This document shows positions 58,458-64,000 of a stretch of 64,000 bases of DNA, piece by piece. The first letter of the stretch is position 1; each line of letters opens with the position of its first letter. Where the stretch lies: NCBI RefSeq assembly GCF_032444005.1, contig NC_091291.1, positions 13,578,001 to 13,642,000 of the forward strand, written 5' to 3'. Position numbers and translations under genes: made by a program. The stretch comes from Ranitomeya imitator (lineage: Eukaryota). The notes under the pieces were generated by a model, which saw only the letters and a list, made by a program, of their open reading frames with translations, was not told the DNA's origin and did no database searches.

Positions 58458-59947
58458 AATCATTAGTTTGTAAAGTTTATTTAATAGATGTACAAAGCTT
58501 TGCATGACAGATATATCTTCTGCAAATAAATATTTATTGCACTACTTTTGATAGTAAAATTTGAAATTCTGAATTTGGCTTTAGACTAGATTTCCACATG
58601 CAGTTTTCTCAGTAGTTTTTTTTGTAGTTGCTTTATATGGCATTTTTTGGTTAAATTTTCAGTATTCAATTTTTACCCCTTGCATAAGAGTTTTAACCAT
58701 TTTTTAGGATATATATTTGACTCAGCATTTTTTGGCTTGCCATATTACATTTATAAAGTTTGAGTCAAATTTGCTAATGGTCAAGTGACATAAATTTGGT
58801 GCATGATCAACAAACGGGAGGAAGTGCCTTAAAGTCGACACAGAATGAGTTATTTAAAGTCACAACAAACGTATTTTTCCCACATTTCAGCTCTGAAAAA
58901 TGGTAAAGTTTAAAGTTTATCTACAATTCGAATTTCATAAGATTTGGATTTTAGGGTTAGGAAGTAAGTAGGTAATACCCAAAGTGGCACGCAGGATTAT
59001 ATTGGTCTGTAACATTATCAATATGTATAAAGTAGGGAGAAAATCAACCTTGATTATTTCAACACAAATTTTGAATAACATTACAAGATAGGAGTTTGGA
59101 ATCTGGACCCAGCAGAAGTTCCCACCATGTCTTCTTATGCCAAGATGAGTACTTATTGAATCCTATGCCACAAGTCATAGTGAAGCCACCCTCTACCTTG
59201 TCGAATGCCGCAGTATTTGCTTAGATCTTCCTTCTCCGCTAACACATGTCCCAGGTCATCTGAAAGGGACTTACTGTCCATACCTCATGCAGATCCCATG
59301 CACAAATGGTCTCCATCTGCTGTCATATATAACACTAGTGTATTTCCAAATGACAGAGTGATCCCGTTAAGCATCCCTGCCCTGAAACTCTACAAACTCT
59401 ATAGTTGCACCCCAAGAAATCCCAATCACGATTATGTAAATTACCTGAAATCAAACAGATCCACATTTTCAGGTTCTGTCTTGTTGCATCCAGCAAGAAA
59501 CACTATCATCCCAAAATAAAACCAGATTAAGGAAGTCACCGCTGAACAATGTCATCCATTCAATATAAAACTAGGGAGGGATCATGGCTAGTTATGTTTG
59601 GATTCATTCACATGGCATACCGTACATCACCAAAACCAAAACTAACAGGAATATACAAAGAACTTTTCTTTGCTGGAAGGAACAATGTAAAGAGGTATGA
59701 ATAAAAAATCTGGAAGTGCCTCGAGGGAGTAAAGGATACTCAATAGGAATATTATCAGCTGGTAAGTGAGTAACGGGAATAGACTTCTTGGTTTGGCATG
59801 ACCTGGCCATTAGAGAACAAGTCTAGGACAACCTTCATCTCTAATCAGACCAAAACCTCAGTGAAAAAGATGAAAGAATAACTCAAGTAGTAAGTAGAAA
59901 ATTCTTATATTCTATGTGATTTTGCCATTTTCAGAATCTCTGCTTAC

Positions 59948-60032
59948 CGTAATATTCACACAATGAGAATGATGATAGCTGAGCGAAGTTCTGGGGAGAA
60001 GTTTTTGAGTGACCACCTGGCCAAGAAAGCAT
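59948..60032 (-). CDS. Candidate leader exon of the CEACAM-like gene (MLSWPGGHSKTSPQNFAQLSSFSLCEYY)
   Basis: ATG to a gtaagc donor is 85 nt, phase 1, joining the N exon in frame; the donor may belong to an adjacent MITE and the peptide is only weakly signal-like. Confidence 0.25.
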
Positions 60033-61765
60033 CCTGGACTGGCAAAATACAGGTGAAACAACTACTTCTTGACCAAAAAAATCAAAGACCCAAGTAGATT
60101 ACAGCACAAATATCTGACACTAAAGGAGACAGAGACACAGTTTTCGCTGTTTCATTTTTTTTTATTACTGGGTTAGTAATTTGGGTGTCTGATACTGATA
60201 CCTCATCATTTGCTGCCACGCCAGCCCTCCTGTTAGGGTCTTCCAGAAAAATGGTTGAGTTTACCATTGACTACCATTATACTCATTACTCAAGTTGAGC
60301 CCATCCGAGCATCCGACCTGCACGATTCGAGTACCGAGCACTTAAACATTTTAGTGCTCACTCATCACGTTGACCTTCTTGTGACAAGACATTATTTATA
60401 TGTAATCTGTAGCTTTTCAGGTATTGATCATATTATACTTACAAACCCCCAAATTAAGAAATTTTATCCTAAAAGTCCGCTCTGTTGGGATTTTGCCAAG
60501 ATTCATGCTCTTTTTTTTTTAACACGTTAAAAAAATATGCAAAAGAAGGAAGGAACTGCTCGCGGGTGAACAAGTTTATGGGGTTGCATCTTGAGACTTG
60601 ACCAGTCATCGATAGTGAAAGTCTTAGTAAAGAACCTCTAGCATATAATTTGGAGCAGTTAAGAATTCAGGAAGAAAATAACTCAGCCATAGTGAAAAAT
60701 AGATTTGCTTTATTATCCAAAAATTATTAGAAATAAAACCATTTTGATACTTTGAAAGAGTTTTCTCATTTCAACTAGTTATAACATATTGCAAGGATAT
60801 TACTTCAATGGACATTATTAAAGTATTGAGCTTGTGTTTCACCAATATGTTTTCAGGGGAATGGCTGCCGTTTGTCAAGATGATATTTCCTATGATCATT
60901 CCATGAGACCTGAAGGTTACTAGACAGAAGACTACAATTCATTGGTGCCGCAGGCTCATTTCTGCAATTCAATGTATGTCCCTTCTGAAGCAAACTCAAG
61001 ACACTGTAGGAGATTAAAAAAAAAGTATTATTTTTAAATTTTTAATATGCATAAAATGGTCTGATTCAATGTCAAAAAGGGGTTTTCAGGTTGAGGCAAC
61101 AACCTTTACATGAATGAATTATTGATCTCACCATGTACAAAGGTTCATCTTTTGGCTCCAGACCCTGAAAAAAAAGTTAAAAATGGTTTAAAAAATAGAT
61201 ATAGAATATTACATGCAGTATGTTCTTATTGTTTAACTTAATTTATTGGGTTCTCTGCGAATAGAAAAAAGTTCAGTTTTTCCCAGAAACAGCACAACTT
61301 TTGTCATTGGCATGGCATGTCATTGGCATCACCACCCATTCAGAAAAAAAAAACAGTTCAACTCAGTGTTGTGTTAGACCACACAGACTGCCAACACAGT
61401 GAGGAGTCAGGTTACATCTCTCATTTTTCTGCAGAGATGGGAAGGAAGACACAGATTGGGAACAGACGGAGGATCAGAAAGATTCTACTGAGCTCTCTAA
61501 CAAGTCTTTTATCTCAACTCAGAACTTGATTCCTATCTACACTGCTCAGTATTGCTGTGAAATGGCCTCCATGGTGTTGCTTCTTTGGTGGGTTAACTAA
61601 GGACAGAGAATACTTCATGTTCATGCGTGCTGTGCATTGGAGACAATGCTGTGCATTGGAGACAACATAGCAGCAGGTAAAACGTTTTATTATTTGTCAA
61701 TTATTCTGGAATATTTGGCAATCTTTGCACCTGCCAAAAATGTAAACTTTTTTTTAATGGTTTTA

Positions 61766-62223
61766 GCTGGTAAACTGGAGCAAGTTCAGAGAAGAGCTAT
61801 CAGGATGGTGAGCTGCCTGCAAAGTACGTCCTACGCAGAACTGTTATAGGATCAAAGAATGTTTATCTTGAAAAAAAGAAGGCCGAGAGGAGACTTAATG
61901 GCTGTCTACAAATATCTGAGGAGCTGTCACAGTGTAGAGGGATCATCACAGTTCTCATTTGCTCATGGAAACACGAGAAGCAATGGAAGGAAACTGAAAG
62001 GGAGAAAACATAGATGAGATATTAAAAAAACATTTTGACAAGGTGATCAAGGAGTGGAACAGGCGGCCATGAGAGGTGGTGAGTTCTCGTTTAATGGAAG
62101 GCTTCAAACAGAGGCTGGACAGAGATCTGTCTGAGATGGTTTAGGGACTCCTGCATTGAGCGGGGGGTTGGACCAGATTACCCTTTAGGTCCCTTCCAAC
62201 TCTAACATTCTAAGATTCTATGA
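61766..62223 (+). mobile_element. CR1 LINE 3' fragment
   Basis: KLEQVQRRAIRMV...LEKRR.RGDLMAVYKYL; 3' end ggtcccttccaactctaacattctaagattctatga. Confidence 0.92.
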
Positions 62224-62528
62224 TGTGAACAAGACTGATCCAATTATGACTAACGTCCATTTGTAATTCTATGTATTTAGGTTAGGCTGAAGAATTTTTG
62301 CGCTGTGAATGTTGCAGATTTCAGCTTTAAGTAGAATCGTTCAGCACTCACACATTGTGGGATAATGAACTGTTTCACTTGGGACATACGGCAACTGTTA
62401 TCTTCGTGATCTCAGCATGGAGGATACAGGAAAATAATTGCCCCAAACAAAAAACCGAGAGGTCACACAATACAGTCTAAGCAAACAGATCCATCTGCTA
62501 TCTGCTTAACCAGCTGCTTTCAGGATAA

Positions 62529-63339
62529 AGGTACCTTCACACATAACAATTTCGTTAACGATATCGTTGCATTGTCACGCTTTTTGTGACGTAGCAACGA
62601 TCCCGCTAACGATCTCATTATGTGTGACAGCGACCAACGGTCAGGCCCCTGCTGGGAGATCGTTGGTCGCTGGGGAATGATCAAGACCTTTTTTTGGTCA
62701 CTGATCACCCGCTGTCAATGCTGGATCGGCGTGTGTGACGCCAATCCAGCGATGTGTTCACTGGTAACCAGGGTAAATATTGGGTTACTAAGCGCAGGGC
62801 CGCGCTTAGTAACCCGATATTTACCCTGGTTACCATTGTAAAAGTTAAAAAAAAAAAACACTACATACTCACATTCCGATGTCTATCACGTCCCCCAGCG
62901 TCAGCTTCCCTGCACTGACTGTCAGCGCTAGGCCATAAAGCAGAGCACAGCGGTGACGTCACCACTGTGCTCTGCTTTACGGCCGGCGCTGACACAGTCA
63001 GTGCAGGGAAGCTGACGCCGGGGGACGTGACAGACATCGGAATGTGAGTATGTAGTGGTTTTTTTTTTTAAACTTTTACAATGGTAACCAAGGTAAATAT
63101 CGGCTTACTAAGCGCGGCCCTGCGCTTAATAACCCGACATTTACCCTGGTTACCCGGGGACTTCGGCATCGTTGAAGACAGTTTCAACGATGCCGAAGTC
63201 TTTCCCCTGATCGTTGGTCACTGGAGAGAGCTGTCTGTGTGACAGCTCCCCAGCGACCACACAACGACTTACCAACGATCACGGCCAGGTCGTATCGCTG
63301 GTCGTGATCGTTGGTAAGTCATTTAGTGTAACGGTATCT
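62529..63339. mobile_element. PIF/Harbinger-type palindromic MITE
   Basis: TAA TSD on both sides; termini AGGTACCTTCACAC...GTGTAACGGTATCT; long internal inverted repeat centred near 62950. Confidence 0.85.
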
Positions 63340-63736
63340 TAAGTCTGCAATTATTGCCATTACTCCAACAATAGGGTCTTACAACTCAAGTTCTTATGTA
63401 TCACTCACTGTTGCTGGGTCCAGTATGTTGTTATATATGGCATATTGTCCTGGTCCATCTATTGGTGGTCCTAATTAATTTGAAAATAAATAAGTGATAA
63501 TTATAAACTTGTAAAGTAATTGGGCATTACCAATTATGAACGTTTTACTAGTGATCTGAGAAATGAGAAAGTCATTTTGTTGGTCAAGCTTGATGTCTGT
63601 GTAAAGAACGTATGTTTCCGAATAGTCATAGCTATTAATACGTCCTTACCATATAGTGCTGAGATTATCGGGGCAATTTTTCACACCAAGCCTATACAGA
63701 TAAACTGATATGGGATATGGGAAGTTGACCCCTTAA

Positions 63737-64000
63737 AGGGAATTTGTCAGCAGGTTTATGCTGATTAAGCTGAGAGCAGCATAAATTAGGGGCAAAGACT
63801 CTGATTCCAGGGATGTGTCATTTGCTGGTTTGCATCCTGTAGTTTCAATACAATCAGTGCTTTATCAGCCAGAGATAATCACATGCCAAGCAGTTCCACT
63901 ACTCTTTACAACCACACCCCCATCACTGATTGGCAATGTGTTGACAATGTACAGTATACACCGAAAACTCTCACTCAATGGTGTGGGCGGGGTTATACAG
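63737..64000. mobile_element. T2/Kolobok-type MITE, left part (runs off the window)
   Basis: TTAA-AGGGAATTTGTCAGCAGG; related to the copy at about 25750-26110. Confidence 0.7.

Noticed and set aside
59100-59519. Plus-strand ORFs containing Tyr motifs (DEYLL, HDYVNY)
   Set aside because: No splice context or family motif; not distinguishable from chance.

Overview
Repeat-rich vertebrate genomic DNA, most consistent with a large-genome frog (inferred from the mix of T2/Kolobok-, hAT-, Harbinger- and piggyBac-type MITEs, L2, CR1, Penelope and Ty3/Gypsy chromoviruses). One multi-exon host gene is supported on the minus strand: a CEACAM-like Ig-superfamily receptor with a Cys-free IgV N exon (36072-36422), two IgC exons (30753-31019, 28643-28903), a TM exon (14873-15022) and two small cytoplasmic exons (12913-12971, 12724-12755), all splicing in frame. 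Its leader and terminal exons are not firmly located. A separate plus-strand exon encoding the second half of an ITAM (4786-4833) suggests a convergent neighbouring immune receptor. Mobile DNA includes an intact, very young chromovirus (37729-43416) inserted in an L2, a frameshifted Gypsy at the left edge, at least three solo LTRs, Penelope remnants with hammerhead-like motifs, and several tandem-repeat arrays, three of which sit inside transposon termini. The strongest signal is in the LTRs. Both Gypsy elements lack a tRNA primer-binding site; their PBS is instead complementary to the sequence that begins exactly 30 nt downstream of the first base of the LTR TATA box. This is the Tf1-type self-priming signature, a mechanism already established in fission yeast Tf1. 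The solo LTRs give testable predictions for sister families and reveal covarying LTR hairpins and an unusual 6-bp G-N4-C target duplication. All analysis was by eye; no alignments or database searches were run.
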